Shown here: piece after piece, positions 19,795 through 28,567 of the stretch
How positions within the stretch are numbered: the first letter of the stretch is position 1
Layout of the letters: every line of letters begins with the position of its first letter
Source of the DNA: Actinomycetota bacterium
GTDB taxonomy: Bacteria; Actinomycetota; Acidimicrobiia; Acidimicrobiales; JACCXE01
DNA length: 53,008 nucleotides
Assembly: GCA_041166285.1 (NCBI GenBank)
Contig: JBEEFR010000134.1
Span: 1-53,008, forward strand
Reading direction: 5' to 3'
Position numbers and translations under genes: made by a program
Notes under the pieces: generated by a model
Seen by the model: only the letters and a program-made list of their open reading frames with translations
Told to the model about the DNA's origin: nothing
The model's database searches: none

Positions 19795-21350
19795 TACAGC
19801 GGCACGTTTCCGTGCTTGCGCTTGGGCAGCTCTTCCTTCTTCGACCGAAGCAGGCCCAGCGCGCGGCACAACACGATGCGCGTGTCGGCGGGATCGATGA
19901 CGTCGTCGACGTACCCGCGCTCGGCCGCGCCGTAGGGGTTGACGTACGTCTCGACGTAGTCGTCGACAAGCTCGGCCTTGCGCTTGACCGGATCTTCGGC
20001 CGCCGCGAGCTCGCGGCGATACAAAAGATCGACCGCTCCCGACGGGCCCATCACCGCAAACTCGGCCGACGGCCATGCGTACGCGAGGTCGCAGCCGATC
20101 GACTTCGAGTTCATGACGACGTAGGCGCCGCCGTACGCCTTGCGCACGACGATCTGCACGCGCGGGACAGTCGCCTCGCAGTAGGCGTACAGCAGCTTGG
20201 CGCCGTGGCGAATGATGCCGCCGTACTCCTGCTCGGTGCCCGGCAGAAATCCCGGCACGTCGACGAAGGTGATGAGCGGAATGTTGAAGGCGTCGCACGT
20301 GCGCACGAAGCGCGCCGCCTTTTCGGAAGACTCGATGTCGAGGACCCCGGCGACGACCTGCGGCTGGTTGCCGACGACGCCGACGACGTGGCCGTCGACG
20401 CGGGCGTATCCGCACACGATGTTCTTCGCCCACATCGCGTGGTACTCGAAGAACTCACCGTCGTCGACGACGGACGCGATGATCCTCTTCATGTCGTAGG
20501 GCTGGTTCGAGCTCGGCGGGAGCACCTCGAGCAGGTCCTCACAGCGACGATCGGGCGCGTCGCCCGGCGTGAAGTACGGCGGTTCTTCCAGGTTGTTCGT
20601 CGGCAGGAACGAGAGCAGGTACCGCACCTGGTCGAGGCACGCCTTTTCGTCGGGCGTGACGAAGCATGCGACGCCCGACTTGCTGGCGTGGGTGATGGCG
20701 CCACCGAGCTCTTCGAGCGTGACGTCTTCACCGGTGACCGACTTCACGACGTCGGGGCCGGTGATCGCCATGTGCGACGTGCCGTTGACCATGAAGATGA
20801 AGTCGGTCATCGCCGGGCTGTAGACGGCGCCGCCGGCGCACGGGCCCATGATCACCGAAACCTGCGGGATCACACCCGACGCGGTCACGTTGCGGTGGAA
20901 GATGCCGCCGTACATCGCCAGCGAGACGACGCCCTCCTGAATGCGGGCGCCGGCTCCGTCGTTGATGCCGATCATGGGCACGCCGACCGACGCGGCGAGG
21001 TCCATCACCTTGTGGATCTTTTCGGCGAAGACTTCGCCGAGCGCACCGCCGAACAGCGTGAAGTCTTGCGAGAACACGCACACCCGCCGGCCGTCGATCG
21101 TGCCGAAGCCGGTGATGACACCGTCGGTGTAGGGCCGCGTGTTTTCGATGCCCATGCCGGTGGCGCGGTGACGCGCCAGCATGTCGAGCTCCTGGAACGA
21201 GTCGGGGTCGAGCAGGTAGTCGACGCGCTCGCGCGCCGTCATCTTCCCCTTGCCGTGCTGACGCTCGAGCTGTCGAGGCTCGGCGGGGTTGCGCGCCGCT
21301 TCCTTCCGCGCTGCAAGGTCTGCGACGCGCTCCGACATCGGATGTTCCAT
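19794..21350 (-). CDS. pccB: Propionyl-/acyl-CoA carboxylase beta subunit (carboxyltransferase)
   Basis: Track ORF 19794-21725 trimmed to ATG 21350 (MEHPMSERVADLAARKEA...). Carboxyltransferase pattern throughout. Confidence 0.9.
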   Translation of the reverse strand: MEHPMSERVADLAARKEAARNPAEPRQLERQHGKGKMTARERVDYLLDPDSFQELDMLARHRATGMGIENTRPYTDGVITGFGTIDGRRVCVFSQDFTLFGGALGEVFAEKIHKVMDLAASVGVPMIGINDGAGARIQEGVVSLAMYGGIFHRNVTASGVIPQVSVIMGPCAGGAVYSPAMTDFIFMVNGTSHMAITGPDVVKSVTGEDVTLEELGGAITHASKSGVACFVTPDEKACLDQVRYLLSFLPTNNLEEPPYFTPGDAPDRRCEDLLEVLPPSSNQPYDMKRIIASVVDDGEFFEYHAMWAKNIVCGYARVDGHVVGVVGNQPQVVAGVLDIESSEKAARFVRTCDAFNIPLITFVDVPGFLPGTEQEYGGIIRHGAKLLYAYCEATVPRVQIVVRKAYGGAYVVMNSKSIGCDLAYAWPSAEFAVMGPSGAVDLLYRRELAAAEDPVKRKAELVDDYVETYVNPYGAAERGYVDDVIDPADTRIVLCRALGLLRSKKEELPKRKHGNVPL

Positions 21351-21357
21351 ATCGCTC

Positions 21358-21363
21358 AGGCTA
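21358..21363 (-). promoter_or_regulatory. Candidate -10 box (TAGCCT)
   Basis: On the minus strand TAGCCT ends 7 nt before ATG 21350. Confidence 0.3.
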
Positions 21364-21375
21364 GAAGATGAAGTC

Positions 21376-22062
21376 ATGACAGAACCCAGCCGGGAGCCCG
21401 TTGATCCTGGGCCGTGCCGCTGGGAACTGCCGGACCCGACCGATACCGACCACGTCGGGCTCGCGGGCGTGGGCGCCGATCTCGAGCCGTCGACGCTCAT
21501 CGCGGCGTACCGCAGCGGGCTGTTCCCGATGCCCATCGGCGAGGGTGACCACGCGGGGTTCGGCTGGTGGTCACCGGACCCGCGCGGCGTGATTCCCCTC
21601 GACGGCCTGCGCGTCACCCGTTCGCTGCGCAAGTCGGTCAAGCAGTTCGAGATCCGGGTCGACACCGCGTTCGACGACGTCGTCGTGGCGTGCGCCGACC
21701 CGCGGCGCGCCGGGGGCTGGATCAACGACGCGATCCGTAAGGCGTACGGCGAGCTGCATCGGCTCGGGTGGGCGCACTCGGTCGAGGCGTGGTCCCGCGA
21801 TGGGGAGCTGGCGGGTGGGCTGTACGGCGTCGCCGTCGGCGGCCTCTTCGCCGGCGAGTCGATGTTTCACTGGCGCACGGACGCGTCGAAGGTGGCGTTG
21901 GTGGCGCTCGTCGATCGCCTCGTGGCGGGTGGCGGCGTGGTGCTCGATTGCCAGTGGCAAACGCAGCATCTGATGTCGCTCGGGTGCGTGAACGTGCCCC
22001 GCCACGAGTATTTGGACCAGCTACGCGAGGCGGTCGCAGCCCCGCAATTGTCGTTGGCGTAG
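21376..22062 (+). CDS. aat: Leucyl/phenylalanyl-tRNA--protein transferase
   Basis: ATG 21376 inside track ORF 21289-22062. LIAAYRSGLFPMP and GGLYGVAVGGLFAGESMF motifs. Confidence 0.85.
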   Translation: MTEPSREPVDPGPCRWELPDPTDTDHVGLAGVGADLEPSTLIAAYRSGLFPMPIGEGDHAGFGWWSPDPRGVIPLDGLRVTRSLRKSVKQFEIRVDTAFDDVVVACADPRRAGGWINDAIRKAYGELHRLGWAHSVEAWSRDGELAGGLYGVAVGGLFAGESMFHWRTDASKVALVALVDRLVAGGGVVLDCQWQTQHLMSLGCVNVPRHEYLDQLREAVAAPQLSLA

Positions 22063-22071
22063 CTCTATCCC

Positions 22072-22077
22072 TATAAT
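22072..22077 (+). promoter_or_regulatory. Perfect TATAAT -10 box, leaderless geometry
   Basis: TATAAT ends 6 nt before GTG 22084 in an AT-rich 21-nt gap without a Shine-Dalgarno. Confidence 0.5.
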
Positions 22078-22083
22078 TCTTAT

Positions 22084-24501
22084 GTGTTTAGTCAACAATT
22101 GCGATGCGGGGCGGCGTTCGTCCTCGCGTTCGCCCTGCTCCTGGCGGGCAACCACGCCGCAGGCGCAGACACGAACGAGCTCGTCGGCACGTTCCAACTG
22201 ACCGCGGGCGCCTGCCCGGCGGGCGCGGGCACCGGCAGTTACTTCCGCATGGTGCAGCCCAGCGGCAACGTGACCAGTGGACCGTTCGTCGCCAACGGCG
22301 ACTCCGCATGCTCCGACCAGACCTTCACCCTGCTGTCGCCCGGCAGCGACGGCGGCTTCGTCACGCGGTCGTATCAGCCTGCGCCCGATCCGGCATTCGA
22401 CGGCGCCGGCAACAGCCTCGCCACACGCATCACCGCGCCGGCGAAGTTCTTCGGCGTGCAGTTCGGCTTGGCGACCGATCCAGTCGACCGCCAGACGGGC
22501 AAGTCCGTACCGCCGCTCGTGCTGCGCGCTGACAGCTCTGGCGCGATCAACGGTGACGTGCGCGCCTGGGCGGCGACGTGGAACAAGCAGAACTTCAACC
22601 AGGGCGCCCCGAAGCCGGATGGCTCGTCGCCGGGGCTGACAACCGCCGCCCACGGCACGTACAACGCGGCGACGGGGGCGTTCGTCGTCGAGTGGGCGAG
22701 CACCGTCGTCGGTGGGCCGTTCAACGACTTCACGGGCGTGTGGCATCTCGCGGGCACCTTCCGATCGTCGAGCGCTCCGGGGCAGGCGCCGTCGGCGAAC
22801 GCAGCGAAGGGTCCGACGAAGTCCGCGGCCGGCGGCGGTGCGATCGCGACCGCGACCACCGTCGCCGGCGCGGGCGGCGACACGCAGGTCGCGGGTGCGA
22901 CGACCGACAACACCGCTCCGTCCGCGGGCAACGGGACGCAGATCTTCGGCGCAGTGAAGCAGAAGGGCTGGCGGCCTCCGGCGTGGCTGATCCTGTTGAC
23001 GTCGGTGGTCGGCGTGGGCGCCGCACTCGCGCTCCTCGTCCCCGACCGCAGTGCCGACGACACACCCACGCCCACACCCCCACCGACCGAACTGGTCTCG
23101 AAACCGGCGCGGAAACGTGCCGCTGGGAAGACCAGTTCGGGGATCGCGCTGGTGATCGGCATCGGACTGGCGCTCGCGCCGGCCGGGTTTCAGATGTTCA
23201 CGCGGGCGCCGAAGGGCGGCGACATGATCGAGTCGTTCAAGCCGTACATGCGCACGCAGACGATCGACAACTTCTCCGGCTTCATGCGCGACATCGACAA
23301 GGCCAACGCCGAAGTCGCTCCGTACGCCGGGCGGTATCCGGGCGTCGCCGCGCTCAACCAGCAGTGGCCGGCGATCAACGCCGACATGACCGACATGCTC
23401 ACGACGATGCGCGCGGACATCCCGAAGTACGAAGGGGTCGCGGCGCTGCCGCCATTCCCGTTGTTCCCGTGGTTCTTCGTACTGCCCGGTTTGATGATCG
23501 CCGGCGTGTCGCTGTGGCTCTTGCTCGGCGGCATTGCGCAGGGTCGGTTGATCGCGCTCGTAGCCCTCGGCATCGGACTGGTCGCCGCGCCTGGGGTGTT
23601 CCAAATGTTCGACCGCGCGCCCGGCGGCGCGCAGATGATCAACGACTTCAAGCCGTTGATGACCAATGCGAAGGTCACGCGCGTGCAGGGCTACTTCCTG
23701 ACCATCGGCCTCGCCGAAGGCGAGTTGCGCAACAAGCTCGTGCCGACGGAAGCCGCGCACGGGCACGCGCTGCCGGCGGCCACGGCGCTCAGCGCGGAGT
23801 GGCCGAAGCAGTCGGGCCGCATGGCGCCGATGATCGCCGCGATGGCGGACAACCGCGACAACTTCGCGGCCGTCGTGGCGCTGCCGCCGTTCTGGTTGTT
23901 CCCGTGGTTCTTCGTGCTGCCCGGAATCCTCGTGCTCGGCGCAGCGTTGTTCCTTTGGCGTTCTGCTCAGGAGGATGGTTCCGTGTCTCAGCTCATCGGG
24001 TTTCCGAACCCCGTCAACGAAGTCTCCGCGCGGCTCGTCGCCGTCGGCGTCGTGCTGATGTCGGTGGCGGCGATCGTGTTCGACCTGACGTGGATCCTGC
24101 CGATCCTGTTCTTCGGCTTCGTCGCCCGCGTGCTGACCGGACCGAAGCTGAGCCCGCTCGGCCAACTCGTGACGAAACAGATCACCCCGCGACTGCCGTT
24201 CGAGGAGAAGCTCGTCGCCGGCCCGCCCAAGCGATTCGCGCAAGGGATGGGCGTCGCCTTCTCCGGCACTGCGCTGCTGCTCGCGCTGACCGACCACTGG
24301 TTCGCCGGACAGGTCGTTCTCGGATTGCTCGTGTTCGCGGCGTCGCTCGAAGGCTTTCTCGGCTACTGCCTCGGCTGCAAGATCTTCGGCATCCTCATGC
24401 GGTTCGGGATCATCCCCGAAGAGATCTGCGAGGAATGCAACAACGTCGGCCAGCGCATCATCGACCTCCGCGCCCGCGAAGCGACCGGCACATCGAAATG
24501 A
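22084..24501 (+). CDS. Large mosaic membrane protein: secreted N-terminal domain, duplicated TM module, DUF4395-like C-terminus
   Basis: 805-aa ORF. Signal peptide AFVLAFALLLAGNHAAGA, low-complexity linker, multiple TM segments, C-terminal LEGFLGYCLGCKIFG and ICEECN. Confidence 0.75.
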   Translation: MFSQQLRCGAAFVLAFALLLAGNHAAGADTNELVGTFQLTAGACPAGAGTGSYFRMVQPSGNVTSGPFVANGDSACSDQTFTLLSPGSDGGFVTRSYQPAPDPAFDGAGNSLATRITAPAKFFGVQFGLATDPVDRQTGKSVPPLVLRADSSGAINGDVRAWAATWNKQNFNQGAPKPDGSSPGLTTAAHGTYNAATGAFVVEWASTVVGGPFNDFTGVWHLAGTFRSSSAPGQAPSANAAKGPTKSAAGGGAIATATTVAGAGGDTQVAGATTDNTAPSAGNGTQIFGAVKQKGWRPPAWLILLTSVVGVGAALALLVPDRSADDTPTPTPPPTELVSKPARKRAAGKTSSGIALVIGIGLALAPAGFQMFTRAPKGGDMIESFKPYMRTQTIDNFSGFMRDIDKANAEVAPYAGRYPGVAALNQQWPAINADMTDMLTTMRADIPKYEGVAALPPFPLFPWFFVLPGLMIAGVSLWLLLGGIAQGRLIALVALGIGLVAAPGVFQMFDRAPGGAQMINDFKPLMTNAKVTRVQGYFLTIGLAEGELRNKLVPTEAAHGHALPAATALSAEWPKQSGRMAPMIAAMADNRDNFAAVVALPPFWLFPWFFVLPGILVLGAALFLWRSAQEDGSVSQLIGFPNPVNEVSARLVAVGVVLMSVAAIVFDLTWILPILFFGFVARVLTGPKLSPLGQLVTKQITPRLPFEEKLVAGPPKRFAQGMGVAFSGTALLLALTDHWFAGQVVLGLLVFAASLEGFLGYCLGCKIFGILMRFGIIPEEICEECNNVGQRIIDLRAREATGTSK
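23140..23949 (+). repeat. Intragenic tandem duplication (two ~125-codon TM-helical-TM modules)
   Basis: aa 353-476 and 489-622 share GxFQMFxRAPxGGxMIxxFKPxM ... ALPPFxLFPWFFVLPG. Confidence 0.7.
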
Positions 24502-25184
24502 CAGCGAGTCGCACGCGTGCGGTCGCGGTCGTCGTGATCGTCGTCGCCTTCATTGCCCTCGCCGCGTTCGCGTTGTTGGCGCGGGCGTATCAACCCGGAC
24601 GTGACGGCGTTCCCATCTCGAACGGCTCGCTCGGACTCGAGACGCCTCACCTCGCGCAGCCGATCGCGGCATCACGACCGATCGCGCCGTCGGTCGTCGG
24701 CGGGGCGGCGCAGGACGCGTCCCCCGCTACGCCATCGGCTCCCGCGCCCCCGCAGGCTCCGCCGCCGCCGAGCAACGACGGCGGCGTCGCGCTCGCAGCC
24801 TGCGAACTGGGCTTGCCGGTGCCGACCGAACAAGCCGGCCTCGCCAATCTCGTGACGCTCCTTCCGCTGTTCGGCCCGTTCTCGCCTGAGGCGTTCGCCA
24901 TGGTCCCGGCGTTCGCGCCGGCGTTCCCGATCTTCGGCCCGATGATCGTGGCAGGCGGTCAGCAGCTCGATGCACACCAGGACGCCGTCAACGCCGCCAA
25001 CGGCGTGGTGCATCCGCTCGAAGTCGCGGGCTACGACGCGATCAACCCGCTCTACGCGCCGCATCGTCAGCAGTTCCTCGCGGCCGAGTCGCAAGTGGCG
25101 GATGCGATCGAGCCGGGCGTCGCCGCGTTTGCCGCCGCGCCGGGCGCGACGTGCGTACCGGCCGCGCTGTCGGTGCTGTTCTAA
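24498..25184 (+). CDS. Membrane-anchored Pro/Ala-rich hypothetical protein
   Basis: 228 codons from ATG 24498, which overlaps the upstream stop (ATGA), inside track ORF 22578-25184. N-terminal TM AVAVVVIVVAFIALAAFALLA. Confidence 0.6.
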   Translation: MTASRTRAVAVVVIVVAFIALAAFALLARAYQPGRDGVPISNGSLGLETPHLAQPIAASRPIAPSVVGGAAQDASPATPSAPAPPQAPPPPSNDGGVALAACELGLPVPTEQAGLANLVTLLPLFGPFSPEAFAMVPAFAPAFPIFGPMIVAGGQQLDAHQDAVNAANGVVHPLEVAGYDAINPLYAPHRQQFLAAESQVADAIEPGVAAFAAAPGATCVPAALSVLF

Positions 25185-26050
25185 CTGGCGAGGCTGACGG
25201 CGCGGGCGACGACGTTGTCGCCGTCGAACTGCTTCGCCACCGACGCGAACTCTGCAGTCGGGCCCTGCCACTCGAGGCGCTTCACGTCGTCGAGCAAGGA
25301 CGGGTCGACCCGCAGCGTCGCCAGCTCCTTGAACAGGTTCGCGAGGTCCCGATGCTCGGCGAGTGTCGACGCCAGCGTGCCGCCACCGCGCACCGTTACC
25401 TCCCACTGACCAGGCGCGTCGGGGATCGACTCGATGTGCTTGTAGTACTTGAGCAGCGCGGCGGCCGTCTTCGCGCCGAAGCCCGGTAGGCCTGGGAAGC
25501 CGTCGGCGCTGTCACCGACGAGCGCCAGGTAGTCCGGGATCGACGACGGGTCGACGCCGAACTTGTCGCGCACGCCGTCGGCGTTGATGACCTTGCCGGC
25601 GCGCCGGTCGACCTGCACGACTCGCTCGTCCTCAGTGACGCACTGGCCGAGATCCTTGTCGGGCGTCCAGATGACCACCTGCTCGACGCGTTCGTCGTCG
25701 CGCGCCACGGCGGCGACCGTGGCGAGCGCGTCGTCGGCTTCGAGTTCGACCATCGCGAACGTCGCCACGCCCATCGCCATCAGCGCGTCTTCCAGCAAGG
25801 AAAACACCGACAGCAGTTCGGGATCCATCCCGGCCGACGTCTTGTAGCCCGTCCACATCCGATTGCGGAAGCTCTCGATCACGTGATCAGTGGCCACTCC
25901 GATGTGTGAGCCGCCGTCGGCGATCTGGCCGAGCACGGTCGACAGCACGCCGCGGACCGCCGCCGTCCCGGTGCGCGTGTTCTCGTCGCGCTGACCGTAG
26001 AAGTGACGGAACAGTTCGTACGTACCGTCGATGAGGTGGACGCGGATCAC
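25181..26050 (-). CDS. 5'-3' exonuclease / flap endonuclease (FEN-type, H3TH)
   Basis: Track ORF trimmed to GTG 26050 (VIRVHLIDGTYELFRHFYG), which overlaps the upstream stop (GTGA). ELEADDALATV acidic cluster and GFPGLPGFGAKTAAALL H3TH. Confidence 0.85.
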   Translation of the reverse strand: MIRVHLIDGTYELFRHFYGQRDENTRTGTAAVRGVLSTVLGQIADGGSHIGVATDHVIESFRNRMWTGYKTSAGMDPELLSVFSLLEDALMAMGVATFAMVELEADDALATVAAVARDDERVEQVVIWTPDKDLGQCVTEDERVVQVDRRAGKVINADGVRDKFGVDPSSIPDYLALVGDSADGFPGLPGFGAKTAAALLKYYKHIESIPDAPGQWEVTVRGGGTLASTLAEHRDLANLFKELATLRVDPSLLDDVKRLEWQGPTAEFASVAKQFDGDNVVARAVSLAS

Positions 26051-26922
26051 GCGAGCAGAGACACGATGGCGTCGGCTGTGCGTTGCGCGTCTTCGAGCAT
26101 CGGGAAGTGTCCGACGTCGTCGAGCGTGACGCGCCGCGCGTCGGGGCGCGCTTCGAGCAGCTTGTCGGTCATCGGATACACGGCGACGGGATCGAGCGCG
26201 CCCCACACGATCCCCAACGGCGACGGGTGCTTCTCGATGGCGCCGGTGAACCGTGACTCTTCGGCGCGGCGATCTTCGATGTAACGGATGGTGCGCGCCA
26301 GCAAGCGTTCACCTTCGTTGTGCGACATGAACGCCCACAGCGCCGCCAAGTCGTCGGCGGCCGGCTGGTGGGTCGGTGAGCAGATCGCGGCAAGCGACGC
26401 CTGGAAGGCGGAGCCGTCACCGCCCCAACCGGCATCCATCAGCGCGTCGGGCGCGGCGAGGAGGAACTGCTGGCCGTTGGTGAGTTGCGCCATGTCGATG
26501 TAGATCGAACCGTTCGTCAGGACACGCTCGCTGACGCCGAAGGGCAGCGCGCCCTCGATGTCGCGCGCCAGCAGTTCGCCGCCGACGGTGTCGCCCATGT
26601 CGTGGGTCACCAACGCCACGCGCTCGAGACCAACGGCCCCTGCGACGGCTTCGACCGCGTCCGCGTAGAGCCGGATCGAATACCGCACGTCGGGCTTGAC
26701 CGACAGGCCGAACCCCGGAAGGTCGAGCAGCACGACGCGGCGACGCGCCGCGAGCGTCGGGATGCACGCGTGCCAGTCGTATGAACACGACGGGTAGCCG
26801 TGGATGACGAGGATCGGATCGAGCCCAGCGTCGTCGGTCGCGGGGACGTCGACGTAGAACACTCGGCCGATGGCGGCGTCGACGTACGCGCCGCGGGCCT
26901 CCCATTCGTCGATGACGGTCAT
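26047..26922 (-). CDS. Alpha/beta hydrolase
   Basis: ATG 26922 (MTVIDEW...) overlaps the upstream stop (ATGA). VIHGYPSCSYDW and VTHDMGD nucleophile region. Confidence 0.8.
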   Translation of the reverse strand: MTVIDEWEARGAYVDAAIGRVFYVDVPATDDAGLDPILVIHGYPSCSYDWHACIPTLAARRRVVLLDLPGFGLSVKPDVRYSIRLYADAVEAVAGAVGLERVALVTHDMGDTVGGELLARDIEGALPFGVSERVLTNGSIYIDMAQLTNGQQFLLAAPDALMDAGWGGDGSAFQASLAAICSPTHQPAADDLAALWAFMSHNEGERLLARTIRYIEDRRAEESRFTGAIEKHPSPLGIVWGALDPVAVYPMTDKLLEARPDARRVTLDDVGHFPMLEDAQRTADAIVSLLA

Positions 26923-27734
26923 CCGACCACGTCCCACAGCATCTGGTCGCCGCCTTCGCCGAACAGCGCCTTGGTCGGCGACTGTTTGTCGATGTGTCCG
27001 ATGAGCCCTGTGTAGATGCCGTAGCCGACCAGTTGTTGCAGCCGTGGCTCGAAGGTCTTGACTAGTGATGGCGGCAGGCCCAGTTGCTGGTTCTCCTGCT
27101 GGCGGATGTATCCGGCGCAGAAGTTCATCGCGATGCCGATCCGACGTTCACTCGTCGTGTTGGCGCCGCCGCCGTGCCACAGCGAGCCGTGCCAGACCAG
27201 CACCGATCCTTTCGGCATTTCGGCGGGGATGGTCTCGTACACCTGGCCGTAGTTCGGGCTGTGGTCGAGCGTGTGCGTGCCCGGCATGATGCGCGTCGCA
27301 CCGTTCGCTTCGGTGAAGTCGGTGATGGCCCACATCGAGTTGCACACCGTCGGCGGGTGCGGCTTCGGGATCGGGATCAGTTGGTCGTCGGCGTGGATCG
27401 GCTGCGCGGTCTCGCCGGCACCGATGTTGATCGACGACAGCGACGACACGAGGCACCCGGGATCGAGCACGTGCTCGACGATCGGCAACACGTTCGGGTG
27501 AACCGGGATTTGCTCCCACACCTTGCCGTACTTCAACAGGTTGTAGACGCGCAGCGTGTTGACGCCTTCGAAGCTGTTGGCCGACGGCTTCACGTCGAGC
27601 TCGCGCTCGAGGCGCGCCAGATCATCGGCGATGGCGTCGACCAGGTCCGGCGCGACGGCGTCCTCGACGATGGTGTAGCCGTCTTCGGCGACGCGCTTGG
27701 CGTGCTCGGCGATAGCGGCGGAGTCGAGAGTCAT
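26919..27734 (-). CDS. Phytanoyl-CoA dioxygenase (PhyH) family Fe(II)/2-oxoglutarate oxygenase
   Basis: 271 codons from ATG 27734 inside track ORF 26919-28517. PIHADD (HxD), later WHGSLWHGGG and RRIG. Confidence 0.85.
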   Translation of the reverse strand: MTLDSAAIAEHAKRVAEDGYTIVEDAVAPDLVDAIADDLARLERELDVKPSANSFEGVNTLRVYNLLKYGKVWEQIPVHPNVLPIVEHVLDPGCLVSSLSSINIGAGETAQPIHADDQLIPIPKPHPPTVCNSMWAITDFTEANGATRIMPGTHTLDHSPNYGQVYETIPAEMPKGSVLVWHGSLWHGGGANTTSERRIGIAMNFCAGYIRQQENQQLGLPPSLVKTFEPRLQQLVGYGIYTGLIGHIDKQSPTKALFGEGGDQMLWDVVG

Positions 27735-28567
27735 CGACGCGGAGGGTAGCGGTAGATCACGCTCGTTTGCGCCGTGATCACGGACCCGTCGGTGAGCGAT
27801 CCGATGTCGCGGTCGCACACGAGACGCCCGACGAAGCTGCGGCGCCGCGCCACCTCGTCGAGGCCGATGTGCAGCCGGTAGACCTTGTGGTGCGTGCGGC
27901 TGCACAACAGGATCTCGTCGTTGATCACCGTCGCGTCGCTCGGGTTCGTGAACGGCGGCAACACAGACGCGAACCGATTCCGCTTCGCGTGGTTCGTCTC
28001 CCGGCCGCGCGCCACGCGCTCTTTGCCACCGGGCGGTTCGTTGTCGGCGACCCAGATGCGCTCGCTGCGGCCCGCCGCGATCACCGGGTCGGCCCACCCG
28101 CGCGAGATCACCTTGTGCGTTGGCTGCAGTTCGAGGACCTCGTCGCCGACTCCGACCACGAGCTCGCCTTCGGATGTGATCGCCAGGTGCACCGGGCTGT
28201 GCGTCGTCGGGCCGTGCCACACGACTTCGGGATTGCCCGACCGGTAAGCGTTGACGGTGAGACGGTGCTTCCTCGTCCGCGCCGCGATGTACACGACACC
28301 GTGGTGATCGACCGCGAGGGAGTCCGGCTTGTCCTGCGTGGTGAACAGATCGTGCACCACGCGGTTGCGGTCGACATAGTGCAGCGCGTTGGTCCGCAGC
28401 TCGGCGTAATACACGCGGTTGTTGGGACCGACCGCGAAGGTCACGGGCCCGTTCGGCGTGGCAATGGTCTGCGCGGCTTGGAAACGGAGGCGGTAGCGGT
28501 CGTAGTTGGAGTTGCACGCGGTCGCCGTCAGCGCCGCGACGGCAACCAGCGCGAGCAGTCGGCTCAA
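27731..28567 (-). CDS. Lipoprotein, degenerate beta-propeller (soluble sugar dehydrogenase-like)
   Basis: TTG 28567 overlaps the upstream stop (TTGA) and gives LSRLLALVAVAALTATAC (lipobox). The start is uncertain because the ORF opens at 28639. The fold call is weak. Confidence 0.5.
   Translation of the reverse strand: MSRLLALVAVAALTATACNSNYDRYRLRFQAAQTIATPNGPVTFAVGPNNRVYYAELRTNALHYVDRNRVVHDLFTTQDKPDSLAVDHHGVVYIAARTRKHRLTVNAYRSGNPEVVWHGPTTHSPVHLAITSEGELVVGVGDEVLELQPTHKVISRGWADPVIAAGRSERIWVADNEPPGGKERVARGRETNHAKRNRFASVLPPFTNPSDATVINDEILLCSRTHHKVYRLHIGLDEVARRRSFVGRLVCDRDIGSLTDGSVITAQTSVIYRYPPRR

Noticed and set aside
19812-21371. 519-aa plus-strand ORF
   Set aside because: It is antisense to the well-supported pccB carboxyltransferase gene.
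22021-25184. 758-aa minus ORF (22021-24297) and 868-aa plus ORF (22578-25184) overlapping the 805-aa gene
   Set aside because: Their translations are Arg/Pro/Gly-rich low-complexity sequence typical of off-frame GC-rich DNA. Only the final 228 codons of the 868-aa frame (from ATG 24498) look like a real TM-anchored protein.
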